Notes under the pieces: model-generated | What the model was told of the DNA's origin: nothing | Seen by the model: only the letters and a program-made list of their open reading frames with translations | The model's database searches: none | Part shown: piece after piece, positions 47,284 through 62,800 of the stretch | How the letters are laid out: each line of letters starts with the position of its first letter | How positions within the stretch are numbered: the stretch's first letter is position 1 | Program-made: the position numbers and the translations under genes | Source of the DNA: the human T2T-CHM13v2.0 reference genome, Homo sapiens | Assembly: GCF_009914755.1 (NCBI RefSeq) | Contig: NC_060932.1 | Length of the DNA: 64,000 nt | Reading direction: 5' to 3' (one strand)

Positions 47284-50200
47284 AGACAATGTCTTTAGTT
47301 AATAAGCACAAAATAAATATGTTTTGAATGAGTAGATTCTGGTTCTAGTATTTACTATTTTCAGATTTAGGAAACAATTAAATGTTTAAATATTACTTCT
47401 TAGTCCACTCTGGGGGGATTAGGGGAAAACTAATGGCCATGGGGCAAGCTTAGGTGAAGGATGATGCTTGAGCTCAGCTGTGTAGGATAAGTTAATCTGG
47501 AGCGAGTTGCTGATAAAAGTAGAATAAATTTTGGTAAGAACTTTTCCTCCAGTGTATTTTGGCATCACTTTGTAGAATAAAAAATAAGTTAAAGGATGTT
47601 AGTCTATAATAAAATTTATATTGATACTTCATGTTAATACTGACAGTTATTGGCTAGTTTATCTTATTTTAATTAATAATAAAGCTAAAACAATTGTTTT
47701 TAAGCACTAAGAGAAAAACTGTGTCTTGAAAAATAAATAGCATTACGTGCAAAACATGTAATATGCCAACCGGTGGCATTTTGCTTCCCTATAATTATTA
47801 TCAAGTGAATGATTAGATTATCATTCTAGTGATATATCTAAAAATAAATTTATTTCTTATTTATTTATATGTTATATGGTAAATCTTATATTTAGAATCT
47901 TACAAGGGAAGGGAAAAACATCTTTTTCCCCTCTCCAAAAATCTACTGAGAGAGGAAGGTATTTATTTGGCTTACCTGAATTACATGAGACAATATCTCA
48001 AGATTTCATCTGAGTAAGAATCACTTGGGGTTGTGCTAAAATGCAGGTTCTTAGGCCAGTCCTGTTTTTGTTGGTGAGGCCCTTACATTTGACCTTTAAT
48101 GAGCATCCCAGTGTTATCACATTCCAATGTGATAACAAATTGGAAAATAATGTGTATTTCAGCAATTATGTAATTCAGATACTAATGACTGACCCTTATT
48201 CTCCTGGCCATTGAGTGTTGTGGCTGACACATTCTATATAAATCTGAGGTTCTTCTCAACAGGTTATATCCAATTCTGTCATAAATTTAGAGTAATCTTA
48301 AGTACATTGAATTAAGTGTTACTTATTGAATGCATGACATTTCACCTAGAATTGACAAAATCAGTCAAATTACTTTATTCTTATCATCTGGATACCCTAT
48401 TTTGCCGAGTAAACTGTGTTACATGTGGTTTTGTTTATTACAGTCTGTGCAAAAAGAAACATCAACAATATTACTGTCATTTCACTTTGGTGTTTCTGGT
48501 ATTCCACTAATGCCTCATTTGTAATAGTTAGGTATATCTTTATCTTTCTAGTAAACTGTTTGGTTTTTAAAGAATACTCATCCTCAGCATTTAACTTTTT
48601 TCTAGATGACAGTATTTTGGGCCTAGGGATACTGATGTAAATAATTGACACAGAATTGCAGATAAAGAGAGGTTCTGAGGTTAAGAATCAGTTCAGCCAG
48701 AGTCAATCTAAAGCATCTAAGGCTACTAGGAAGCTTTAAGGAGCCATGAATCATACTTCAGGGACCCAACAGTAATGAAGGTGTCCAGGTTGAATCCAAG
48801 CATTTTCTGTTTATAGTTAAACAGAACAATAAGATATGCAATAATTTAAAGACATTAAATAATTATAAAGGTTTCACTCTTTCCTCCTCATTTACTTTAT
48901 TTCCTACTTTAGATGGTATTTTGGTGGCTCAGTTAAAATAATACTTAATAAAGTTAGGCTTCATGTAGAGGGGTAGGATTTGTATCAGATTAATGTAACT
49001 TCTAAGTCCCTTTATGCATTCCAGATAAGAGGAAGTGTGAACCCCCTGATGCCAGAGACTGCTGTTTCTTGATTACTAACTCTTTGACCTCAAAATTCAA
49101 TGAAGTTTAGTATATTAGGCATAGTGCATTCAAGCTCATTTTCTAAGTTATCTTTCATGTTTTGTCAACTGCCAGGTGGACTCTGGGCATTTTTTGGGGA
49201 AATGTGGTTAAAGCAGCCATAATTATCAACTGCTTGAAATACTTACCCGGTATTTTAAAGAATATTAATAAGGCCTCATTTAATTTGGTTCGCAGCTTTT
49301 AGATGATTGTACAGTGATCATGATCATGTCTTACATTTTTATATATTCCCTAGCCATTTAATAATGTACTTGAGAACTAAATATTTTAATAGTATTTCCT
49401 TACAGTCTGATACAGCAGCAATGTTAGGTAGTTAAATGTTGTCTACTACATAATATTGAGCTCAATTAGCTTGAAATGGCAAGTTCATCTAAAGTACATA
49501 TGAATAAAAGGGATTATAAGTATAGTGAAGTGTTACATAGAACTGGTAAATATTTTAAGTATATGTACTCATTATGATTTCTAAATATTATAGCCAAAGC
49601 ATGCAGTTACAACAATTTCCAAACATTAACTGTTTGAAAACTCTTTTTACATTTTACGCTTAATAAACTAATTTGTACATAAGCCACATTATTATTTATA
49701 TTTAAAACTAAAAAAAATCACTTTCTCCAGCTATTCTAACAAAAACTTAGTAAGTAAGCATTGCTTTTAAAATGACACAATCTACTAGTTATTTGGTAAG
49801 ACTAGCATAATCATAAATTTCCCATCCATGCTTTTTCCAAAAATACTAACCCATATTGTTCTCTCTGGACCTGTTGTAGGGATGACTAATCCAACTGCTG
49901 AGGTCTCCCTTTATGTGTTTGATGGAACACTTGGCTTGCTGGACTACAGCTGTGTGTTTATGTGCAGTGCACACCTGCAGGGGCCTGACAAATAGCTGTA
50001 GTATGCAGAGGATACAAAATTACCCTGGCAGTGCTGCAAATAAGGAAGTTTCTGTTTTGAAGTCCATATGTGTGTGTGCTTGAGATGCCAGCTGGTGTAT
50101 TTATGTTGCATGCACAGATGTAAAACTGCCAACTGATTTTACACCAAATAAAGTCTAATCTTTTTATATGTACTTTGTGTCAAAGTTATGAAGTGGTATG

Positions 50201-50958
50201 TAAGAATATTCTCATGACTTAGGTCTTTTAAAATAAAAGCTGCTATTAAAAATATGAACTCATAAGATGATTAGGAAAGAGAGGAAAGAGGATAGTGATA
50301 GAGATGGTATTTCTTAACTATTATCCTGTGTATAATAATGTTGTTATGACTATATCATTAGATAAGTAAAGTTTTGATTTATTATAATTATGAATGATAT
50401 ATATTCTCTTTTGTGGCTAGAGTCAGTCAGGTCTTTGTGAAATCCCAATTTATGAATACTGAAATGTGAAAGACAAATTTATATAATTACTTGACTTGCA
50501 GGCTTTGGCTATTCTATTTTTCAAGTACATTTGATTTTAACAAGTTGAAAGGATGGTGCACTTTTGCCATTTTTAGAATGTATTTAAATTTGTTCTGAAA
50601 GAAATACTAGTGTTTATAAATACCAGGGATAATATTTCCCAAGTCTATGGAAATTTTAAAACCAATATAAAAATAGTGGAAAAGCCAGTTATTCAAAAGA
50701 ACCTTTGAAAGAAGCAATTTTTTTTGTTTCTTTTAATATGTCTTCTCTAACTAAATGAAGAAATATATTTTATTGACTATATCCATCCCAAACAAGAATA
50801 ATGATTTGATCACTAGAAAATTGATCTTCAAATTAATATTTGCAAATGAGATACTTTATGTCTGTTACTTAAGTGTAAACATAGATTAGAGTGGAAGCTT
50901 TTGTTTAAAATTAGTGCTGGATATATTCATTTTCTCTAAGAACCATCATTGCTTATGA

Positions 50959-51293
<335 letters not shown>

Positions 51294-52239
51294 CATATAT
51301 AATTGGTTTCTAATATTAATGGATATGTTTCAGTTGAATCATTTTCAAAAATATTGACTTTTACTGTATTTGAAATATATGTATAAATTAAGAATTTTTA
51401 GACATTGCTCAACAAGAACTGTTTATCAGAATGGTTATATTTGTTTTTGTTTTATTTATAACCTCTTTATTGTTTTGTCTCATTTTATATGTATAGGTTT
51501 ATAAATATTTGCAAATGGAGCAAAGTAGTTCAAGTGCTTATCAAAATCATGTTAACTTTCTTATTAGAAAATTTTAATGGTAATGTAAAAATACGTTGTC
51601 ATATGTAATCTTGTATTCAGTTTTGCATCTGAAACACACTGAATTTGTCTTTCACCTAAGTATATCTAGATATATTGATTCTTCTGATATTAGTGTAAGT
51701 TATACTTGAGTTCTGACTTTTTACTTATAGAATTGCCTTATCATAGTTCCTTATTTGACTATATTTTACTGACATTTTGTATGCTTTCCTAATTATTATT
51801 TTTATTGATAGCGTCAAACTTGTAAATAGTTTGTAATGCCTTTACAAATTTAAATAGTGTTTTAATAGGCATGATTCCTTTTTCTTCAATGGTAGGCATG
51901 ATGCCTTTTTTTGTCATAAAAGGGATGTATATTTGCCATTTTATCTAGCAAAATTTCACTTGAACTTTTACTGTAATTAAATTTCAGCAAATGTGGGAAA
52001 GGCCTGAGCTTTTAGCATTGTCCCTTAGCCTTAAAGTCTAAATTTTGACTAAATCCCGGCATCTTAATTCATGAGGAAAGTTTGATTTGGAATAAGTTTT
52101 ATATAATGAGACAGGAAGATGGACTAGAAACCACATCTCCCAGTGGTTGACCTGAGGGATAAGATGTTTCTGACAAAATATACAATTACTTGTATGACAA
52201 AAAGTGCATGAAGAAACCAAGTACCTCAATTTCCAAAAT

Positions 52240-52485
52240 GAAAGGCAGTATGGTATAGCTGAATGAACTCTTGATCAGGAGACAGACAAAATTCTAGCCC
52301 TGTAACACACAGTTGTATGTTATTAGGCTAGTTTCCTGGAGCTTTAGTTTAGTTTAATTTTTCTACCAGAGAAAGGGAATAGTAATTCTGATTAATATTG
52401 ATGTGAGTATTAATAATAAGATAAGGGACATAAAGCTGTTCTGTGGTCAGGGTGTGGAGCATGTAGTAGGTGTTCAATAATAGTT
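52240..52485 (+). mobile_element. MIR
   Basis: 'aggcagtatggtatag...gggaatagtaat...gtaggtgttcaataa'. Confidence 0.65.
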
Positions 52486-54572
52486 GACTTTTTTTTTTAA
52501 AGCAGTAGTAGTAACAGTTTGAAAAAGTTCATTACATAGGAAATATACATGTAAAGTTAACTCAGAAAAGGATAGACATAAGAAAGCTTCACTGATGTCT
52601 TACATTTTTTCCTGAAAATATATTTTAAAGAAAGGACCAAACCTCAAATTTTTACAGCTAAAAGAATCTTTTATTACTTATTTGAGAGATTATGTTCCAT
52701 ACATTGCTTGGTTATTTAGTGCTAGGGCCAACTGCCTTTAGTAGGATATCACTTCAAACGCTGCTGCCGCCACTGCAGGTTGCAAGCATATGATTGAAGG
52801 CTTCTAGTTCTCAGCTCATGCCCAGATGTCTTTCAATAACTATAGCCAGTAATTTCTTCAAATTGCTCACTTTATCAGCAGCACATGTCATCAATCCTGA
52901 AGTGGTTGCTCAAGTCAACTGCAGAATCTTTAGCTTATAGACACAGCTGCAAACAGGTGAACAGGCAGAAAGTAATTTGTGCAGCTTGGTGGCTGTCAGA
53001 CGAAAGACAGACAATCTGTGTTTAAAACAGATTGCAGGCCCTGTATGGGCCAGACAAAAGGGATTTCTCCAACTGCAAATAATTCTAAGGTTAACATATT
53101 TTCCTTTCTGCCATTAGGTGATTTGTTAAAATTGGAAACAATGAACATTATAAATCTACACAGAAACTGGAGACAAGATGAAAGAGAAAATCAGATCACT
53201 AAATAGGTTTACATTTGTCTTTCCAAAGAAGTATAACTGGCATTCATATAAGCTGTTTTCTTACAAATTAAGCCAAGTTATAAAATAATTCTTTGAAACT
53301 GCAAGATTATAAATATTTCAAGTTGCATTAAGAATTACTGGTATTAAAAAAGCAATGAACCCTGAACAGTCCAGTTTTTATAAGCAGGTTTTAGAGTTAA
53401 TTGTTAATTTGTAGATGTTGGAATTTGCTTCTTTATAAATATTATTTAGTGTTTTTCTTGCAGCTTTACTAAGTAGATTTTAAAAGTAGCATATGCTAGA
53501 TATAACACACTTTTCAGCACATAAAATCTACCATGGTTACAGAACAAAAATTCGTATGGAGAAAAATATTCTGAGGACCTATGCATTTAAAAAAGTTATC
53601 CTCACATTTTCGCCTTGGAGTTATTCGGATAAGAATGTGAAAGATATCTGAATCTATCTGTAAAATAGTCATATTTTAGAAGATAGTTCTATAATAACAC
53701 TAAGAGTATTCATCATTTTGTCCATAAATCTCAAAATGATAAACTTATGAGAGTCTGAATCAGCAAAGTTATTTCTCATCAGTATTAGTCCATATAAGTG
53801 CCTACTCATTAAACTAAACAGGAAGAAGGACTATATTACATTAGCTAAATGAGTACCTCATGACTGAAGATAGACACACACAAAGTTTAGATATTTAAAA
53901 TATGTGTACATGTGTGGTGCATGGATGCATGTATGTGTAGGGAGGAACACATGAGAAATAATTGAGTAGTCCTTCTTTGTTATCTACCAGAGCTTATGGC
54001 TATGACATAGAGAACTGTAAGTGAATGTTACTGATTTATTCTCATTGTTGGCTCTCTTGTGCTTTCTCTCTTGTTTCACAATCAATTTAGTACGGTAATT
54101 GTTTTTAATAGATAATGATCTATATAACATAGTGTTTAAGAACACAGTCCTCAGTGTCAAATTGGATTTAAGTTCCAGTTTGATAATACTGTGTGATTTT
54201 GAACAAGTTACTTAACCTATCAAATCCTTAGTTTTTCAGTGGTGATAGTGACTGTTTATTAACTTACGTTGTTTTGTGATATTAAAAACTCATATGAAGT
54301 ATTGTGCCTTGTGCCTTGTACTTATTTAAAGCTTCAATAAACTTTAGGCATTTTCTGCTACAATCCAAACATCCTGAGGAAAGGGAATGTTTTTGTCTTG
54401 CTCTTAGCTGCTTCCTAAGCATTTATTACCATGATTTGAACCGCTAAGAACTCAGAAGTAATCTGAATGAACTTGTCAATAATTCTGTAATTTTTAGAGT
54501 CCACTGTGCTGATTTCTTTTAGTCATAATATTCCTTTCTTGTCAAATGCCTTGACCTTAAATATGAGAATAA

Positions 54573-54854
<282 letters not shown>

Positions 54855-55209
54855 TGATTTATTTTTTGAGTATAGACAAAGCGGTATGATTATTTTACTG
54901 TCTCTCATTTCAGTTTTTCTAACATTAGGAAATTGTTCTTGATTACAGCTGTTTGTCAAAATATAGCTAGCTGTGGTGCCTTATGCTCACAGAATAATCT
55001 GGCATTAAAAATCAATTATATTTTACTGTTTTTTGTTTTGTTTTGTTTTTTGAGACTGTGTCTCGCTTTCTCAACCAAGCCTTTTGGTCTCCAAACTTGC
55101 CCAACATGGTTCCACTCCATTCTTTGGCCAAAAATCAATGGGTTCAAGAACACAAGTTTTAACTGTAGGGCTTAACTTTAGATTTCTCATATCAAAATCG
55201 CTTTGCCTC

Positions 55210-55582
55210 TAGAGCAGTAGTTAGAGCTTCCAATATATGCTGACCTTCAGGCCCTACACCATACCTGTTGTTTTGAAATCTCTGAGGATGGGGCCTGGAT
55301 GTTGATCTTTCAATAAAATCTTTTTGTGTCAATCTAATGTGGACCCATGGTTGAGAACAAGTGCTCTAGGACAGCGACTGGCAAGGTATGACCCATGGAC
55401 CAAATCCAGCCCATCAGCTGTTTTTGATTCGAATGCAGTAACCACCATTATTTGGCTGGTTAGTTATTATCAATGGCTGTTTTGTGCTACAACACCAGAG
55501 TTAAATAAATGCAACAGAGACTGTCTTGCAAAGCCTAAAATATTTATTATTTAACCCATTATAAAAAATGTTTGCTAACCCA
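55210..55582. mobile_element. MER5-like followed by MER58-like hAT MITEs
   Basis: 'gaaatctctgaggatggggcctgg...ggttgagaacaagtgctctag', then 'aaatccagccca...gcaaagcctaaaatattta'. Confidence 0.65.
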
Positions 55583-55603
55583 TTTTAGATTATGAGCTCT
55601 GAT

Positions 55604-55879
55604 GCGGTGGCTCACGCCTGTAATCCCAGCACTTTGGGAGGCCGAGGTGGGTGGATTATGAGGTCAGGAGTTCGAGACCACCTTGGCTAACATAGTGAAA
55701 CTCCATCTCTACAAAAAATACAAAAATTAGCTGGGCCTGGTAGCATGTGCCTGTAATCCTAGCTACTCAGGAAGCTGAGGCAGGAGAATCACTCGAACCT
55801 AGGAGGTGGAGATCTCACCACTGCACTCCAGCCTGGGCGACAGAGCAAGACTCTGTCTCAAAAAAAAAAAAACAAAAAA
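55604..55879 (+). mobile_element. AluS (Sg-like)
   Basis: 17-bp TSD AGATTATGAGCTCTGAT (55587-55603 and 55880-55896). Confidence 0.93.
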
Positions 55880-58395
55880 AGATTATGAGCTCTGATTATC
55901 ATCAGTTTTGCACATATTTCGTGTTTGTTGGTACTTTAGGCAATCTATTGGTGAATTAGCTAGATATTTTTGATTACCTTTCTATTTCTTGCCTAATAGA
56001 TAGTGAACTGTTTGAGGGCAGGCACTATATTTTATAGCTCTTTAAAATCCTCAACCCCTAATATAGTTAATTTTGCATAGTTGGGTGTAAGTAAATGTTC
56101 GTTAATTGACTCTAGTTATTGGCCTTTGGTTATTGCATGAAGGTACCAGTAAGGGACAGTGTGGAGCTTTTGCTTTGTGCATGTTCAATTTTTTTTTTAA
56201 CTCCTTCTATTAAAATAGACATTATTGTATTTTAGAATATTACCAAGTCATCATTTTATAATTATAGAAAATCCCTTAATTTTTTCCACTTCTGGAATTA
56301 CTGTCAACCTTCATTACTCATTGTTTGTACTTAATGTTTAGATCTAAGCTACAAAACAGCATACCATATTTTCATCATCATTACTCTTTTAAAAATTTGC
56401 CTTCATTCCAGTTTCAGGGAGTTTGGGCAATGCCTGTGATATTTGTGTCTTGAAAATATCTCAGTGGTCTGTCAGATATGAGGTTGATCCAATTTTAATA
56501 ATAGTTTTTTCTACTTCCTGATCTTTAATGGGTTGAAATTATCTTGGCTTTTACTGGTAGTGTAGTCATAATAATTTTTTAATTGTAGGTGCTCAAGAGA
56601 GAAAACAGACACAAAGTGTTCTGTATTGGTTCTATATTATTCCCCTGGAATGATGTGTTTAACTAGTTTTCTTTTAAACTATCAACTACATAAATTTTGT
56701 TCAAGGCTGGTGTCTTAGCATTTGCGTTACAACTATAAGTAGTACACATACATGTCTTCTATATTCATTTAGAAAGATCACTATCTTAAATTTTTTTTTC
56801 ATTTCACTTGTTAAATATAGTGAATATGTTATTTGGGGCAGGGAAAAAAATAAGGCAATCAGGCAGGTTGCTGACGGCAGTCCAAATGGCTGATCAGAGA
56901 GTCTTTATATGCATTGGTAATGTGTTGTGCAATATAAGCTGAAATATATTCCACAAGGGAGGAAAACGGAATAGGTTACATACACTGTTCCTAAGTGCAA
57001 TGAATATAAAACTCCATTACTCACTTTAGGCAGGTGCTTTTTATATGAGGCTTTAAAGTAATATAAAACTGCTGGTGAAATGATTGGTTTATACAGACAC
57101 CACTTAGCTTCCAGTGCTCTAACCAGATAAAGAGACTAAAACTATTAAGATATTTCTTTAATGATTCAGGGATTGATGTTTAATATTCTTTTGGTATAAT
57201 AGCCTGTCCCTATAACATTGTATAGTTATGAAATTTGTGTGTGGCTGGGTTACGAAAGACTTTTTTCAGGGAAAGAGGAAAAAATTTCTTGTTTTTCTTT
57301 GTTAATGATAAGGAAATGAATCTCCCCAAAATTTCTTTCAATGTATACATATATAGAAATATATATATCTGCATTTAAAAATATTTTTGAAGGACTTTCT
57401 AAATACATTTCTTGGTAGTTTTTTTCAGCTTTTCTCCAAGAATGACTGAACATTTTATAGGCATTAAGATTGAATAAATTTTGTAATGTACAATAACTCT
57501 CTTTAGGATAACTGTGAAGTTGGTTGATGAACATTATAAAGCATTAAAATATGTATTAGTCCATAAAGATTTGCAGTGATCCCACCTAGATATACAAGCC
57601 CCTATATTTCTCGTTTTTGACACTTTTAACTCTTACAGAGAACAAGTAACCTGCTTATTGTTTAAACACTGAACATTCTCTTATGAGTGAATTTTTATAA
57701 ACTAAAAGGGATGTTAAAAGGATAACAAATAGGTGTTTTTCAAATTTGTCTTAGGTTTTAAATATTTGAACCAGATGGTTTTCTTTCTAAATCTGTCATT
57801 GATTGATTGATTGATTTTCCCTCCCTCCCATCCCTCAGTCCCTCCATGTCTCCCTCCCTTGAGCTTCTCCCCCACTCCCAAGCCCACTTCCCCTTATTAG
57901 GTGACATTTACATACAATCAACTATTTTAGAGTGTATGATTCAGTGGCATTTAGTGCATTCACAATGTTGTGCAACTACCAGGTCTCAGTTTCAAAATCT
58001 TTATATCACTCCATAAAAATACCCCATAGCTTCTAAGTAATTGCTCATAATTCCTCCTCTCCCTCATCCCCTGGTATCCTCTAATCTAATCTACTTTTGT
58101 CTCTGTGGATTTTCCTTTTCTGGACATCTGATATTAAAGGAATCATATATTAATATTATGTGACCTTTTGGTTTTCGCCACAGATCTAGCCAAGTTGTTG
58201 TGTGTATCAATAGTTCATTCATTTTTTTATTGCTCATAATATTCCATGATATGGATGTACCACAGTTTGTTAAATCATTTATCTGTTGAAGGACATATTT
58301 GTTGTTTCCAGTTTTTGGCTATTACGATAAAGCTGCTATAAACATTTATATACAAGTTTTTGTGTGAACATGCATTTTCGTTTCTCTGGGACTAA

Positions 58396-58732
<337 letters not shown>

Positions 58733-58768
58733 TGAATGTTTAAGTTTTAAAGAAGCTGCCAAACTTGG

Positions 58769-58940
58769 GGCCAGGCATGATGGCTCATGCCTGTAATCCC
58801 AACACTTTGGGAAGCTAAGGTGGGATGATTCCTTGAGCCCAGGAGTTTGCCGAGGCTGCAGTGAGCTATTACCTTCGCACTGCGTTTTAGCCTGGGTGAC
58901 AGAGGAAGACCATGTCTCTTGCGGTTGGGGGTGGTGGGGG
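58769..58940 (+). mobile_element. FLAM-like Alu monomer with a G-rich tail
   Basis: Monomer 58769-58919; flanks AGAA(G/A)CTGCCAAAC (58751-58764 and 58941-58954). Confidence 0.8.
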
Positions 58941-59672
58941 AGAAACTGCCAAACAGTTTTCAGGAGCGGCTGTACATTTTACATTTCCACCAGCAATTGT
59001 ATGACTTACTGGTTTCTTCACATACTCACTGGTATTTAATTTTGCTGCTGTTTTTTTATTTTAGCTGTTGAGATAGATGTGTAGTGATATCTCATTGTGA
59101 TTATAATTTGCATTTCTCTGATAGCAACACAAATGATGTTGAATATTTTTTAATATGTTTATTTGCTATCAGTGTATCCCCTCAGTGAAATGCTTGTTCA
59201 TGTTTTTAGCCCATTTTCTAATAGTATTGTTTGTGCTTTTATTGTTGAGTTTTGAAGCCTCTTTATACTATTCTAGATACTAGTCCTTCAGCTATATGGT
59301 TTACAACTATCTTTTCTCAGTCTGTAGCTTTTCTTCTCTTAGCAGGGTCTTTTGCAAAGTAAAAGTTTATAATTTTGATGAGGCCAATTTTTTTCTTCTT
59401 ATGGATTATAATTTTGTTGTTAAGATTAAGAACTCTCTGCCTAACTCAGATACCAAAGATTTCCCCCTATGCTTTTTTCTGACTTAATTTTTTTAAGGTG
59501 TTAGACCTAGATTTGGCATTAATGTTTTTGCCTATGGCCTATTCTAGCACGATTTGTTGAAAAAGACTGTCTTTCTTTCATTAAATTGTATTTGCACCTA
59601 TGTGAGAAATTATCTGGCATATTTTTGTCTCTGTTTGGGTTCTTCATTCTGTCCACTAATCCGTGTGTTTAT

Positions 59673-59674
<2 letters not shown>

Positions 59675-59713
<39 letters not shown>

Positions 59714-59838
59714 AGACAAGGTCTTGCTCTGTCACACAGGCTGGAGTGCAGTGGCACAATCATAGCTCATTGTAAGCTCAAACTCCTGGGCTCAAGTGAT
59801 CTTCCCACCTCAGAGCCTCCAGAGTAGCTGGGACTACA
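59675..59838 (-). mobile_element. AluJ/FRAM right-arm fragment with a T38 tract
   Basis: T run 59675-59712, then 'gagacaaggtcttgctctgtcac...catagctca'. Confidence 0.85.
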
Positions 59839-62800
59839 TAAATAATCTTTGATTTCTTTCATCAGCACTTTTAGTTTTTTGCATACAAGTCCTGTAAATA
59901 TTTTGTTAGTTTTATATCTTTTTTTCTGTGATTTTAAATGGTATTACATTTTCATTTTCAGTATTCACATATATTCATTGAGAAATTGATAATTTCTATT
60001 TTTATTTTATATCCTGTGACCTTATAAAACTAAGCTCACCTATTACTTCTAGAATGTGTGTGTGTGTGTTTTAAGATTCCTTGAGATTTATACATAGTTA
60101 TGTTAAATGCAGAGACGGACAGCATTGCTTTTTTGTTTGTTTTTTCCATTTCCCATCTGTATACCTTTTATCTCTCTTTGTTATTGCATTTGCTAGAATT
60201 CACAGCATTAGGTTGAATAACAGCAGTGACAGCCAAAATCCTTGGCTTTGTTCCAGTCATAATGGAAAACATTCAGTCTTTTACTATTAAGTGATTTTAG
60301 GTGTTTTTGTAGATGATCTTTCTTAGGAAGTTCCTCTCTATTCCTAGTTCCCTGAAACTTTTTTTTTTCTTTTAATCCTGAGAGGGTGTTGAATTTTGTC
60401 AAATGCTTTTTTTGCATCAGTTGATACTGTCATGTGGATTTTTCTTCTTTAGCCTGTTCATATGGTGGATTGCATTGATGTTTTTCAGCATTAAACCAGT
60501 CATCCAGTTCTGGAATGAATCTGAGTTGGCCATGATGTATTATTTATATTTGTATTTACAAACACAATAACACATCGCTGAATTCTATTTTTAATATTTT
60601 GATAAGTTCGTATTTATATTGATGAGGAATCTTTGTCTATAATTTTCCTTTTTTGTAATAGCTTTGGTTTTGGTATCAGGGTGATTCTAGCTTCATAAAA
60701 TGAAATGGAAAGTGTTTCCTCCTTTTCTGTGTCCTGAAAGATATTGTGTAGAAGAGATGTTAATTCTTTAAGATTTGGTAGATTTCTCCATTTGGACCTG
60801 GAGATTTACTTTTTGGGTTCATTTTTCTTCCCCTTGAAGAATTGATTCATCTAGTCATAGTTTTCAAATTTTGTGTGTAGAGTTGCTTGTTTTCAAAATT
60901 AATCTTTTGATAACTGCAGGGTCTGTAATGATATCCCATTTCATTCCTTATATTGGTAATTTATGGTTTCTCTCTTTCTTATTAGAGTTTTTTCAGTTTT
61001 ATTGATCTTTAAAAAACAAGTTTTAAAAATCAAAATTTTAAATATAATTTCTTTATTTTTTAAATTTAAAATATAAATTTTGTTGATTTCTGCTATCTTT
61101 GTTATTTTTTGTCCATGCTTACTTTGGTTTTATTTTGCTTTCCATGTTTCTGGTGTTTTAGGTGAGAGCTAGATTATGGAATTAAGACTTACTTGTACTG
61201 TGCACATTCGGTGCTATAAATTTCTCTCTCTGTACTACTTTAGTTGTGGCCCACAAATTTTGATACATTATATCTTCATTCAATTTTTTTCTTCTGTTTC
61301 ATTTGAGAATTCCTCTTTGGCTCATGGACTATTTAGGTCTGTTTAGTTTCCAAATTTGGGGGGATTTTCTTACTATTTTTTAAAAAATTGATTTCTAATT
61401 TGAATCTAATGTGGTCTGAGAACAAACTCTGTATAGCTTCATTTATTTTAATTTTGTTCATTTCTGGCCCAGTATAATATTATCTACCTTGTTAGGTGTT
61501 TTGTGGGCATTTGAAAAGAATGTGTATTCTGCTGTTCTATAATCTAGAAACAGCTTATTAGTTGATGGCATTTTTAACATTGTTGATATCCTTGCTGATA
61601 TTCCGTCTATTTGTTATATTTGTTGTTGAGAGGGTATCGAAGTCTCCAAATATAATTGTAGATTTATATTTTCAGCTCTATCTCTTTCTGCTTCACATAT
61701 TTTATAGCTATGTTGTTTGGTTTATACATATTTCAAATTGCTGTGTCTTTTCAGAGGATTGGCTCTTATAATTTTTTTCCTCTTAAGCCTACTTTATTTG
61801 ACATTAAAATAACCAGTTTTTTTAAAAAAAAATTGAGATAAAATTCACATAACAGAAAACGTATCATACAGCTATTTTAAAGTATACAATTCAGGAGTTT
61901 TTAGCAAATTCATATAGCTGTGCAGCTTTCACCACTGTCTAAGTTTAGAACATTTTTATCTCCCCAGAAGAAACCCCATACCAATTAAGCAATCATTCCC
62001 CATTCCTATTTCCCCACAGCCCTTGGCAATCACTAATCTACTTAGTGTCTCTGTGGAATTCTGATTTTGAATATTTTCTATAAATGGAATCGTGGAATAT
62101 GTAATCTTTTGTATCTGGTTTATTTCACTAAGCATAATTTTTTCAAAGTTTATTCTTGTTGTAGTATGTTTCAGTACTTCATTTCTTTTTATGGCTGAAT
62201 AATATTTCATAGTATGGTTATATTACATTTTGTTTCTCCATTCATTAAGAGTTAGATATTTGAGTTGTTTCCACTTTTTGGCTATTAGAAATAATGGTTT
62301 TATGAACATTCTTATATAAGCTTTTGTGTGGACATATATGTTCAGTTCTCTTGGTTATCTACATAGGAGATGTTCTGCTGGATCATATGGTCACTTTCTG
62401 AGTAACTGCCAAATTGTTTTCCATAGCAGCTGGACCATATGACATTCCTAGCAGCAATGTATGAGGGTTTCAATATCTCCACATCCTCACCAACGCTTGT
62501 TATTGTTTCTCTTTTTATTATAACCATTTTACTTGGTGTGAAGTGGTAGCTATGTTCTAATTTTTATATATTGATGTTTATATAATCTACTTTTTCCACC
62601 CTTTCACTTTCAACTTGCCTACATTGTTATATTTGAAGTGAGTTTCTTATTGACTCTTTATATTTGGAGTATGTTTCTTTGATCCAGTCTTCCAGTCTTG
62701 TCTTTTAATTGATATATTGTGAGAGCATTTATATTAAATGCAATAATTGATATGTTAGACTCTATGTCTGCCATTTTATTTTTTGCTGTTTGCTATCTCT

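Noticed and set aside
59675-59712. T38 tract as an acceptor for another Alu exon
   Set aside because: An AG follows, but I have no frame, donor or isoform support; antisense Alus commonly look like this.
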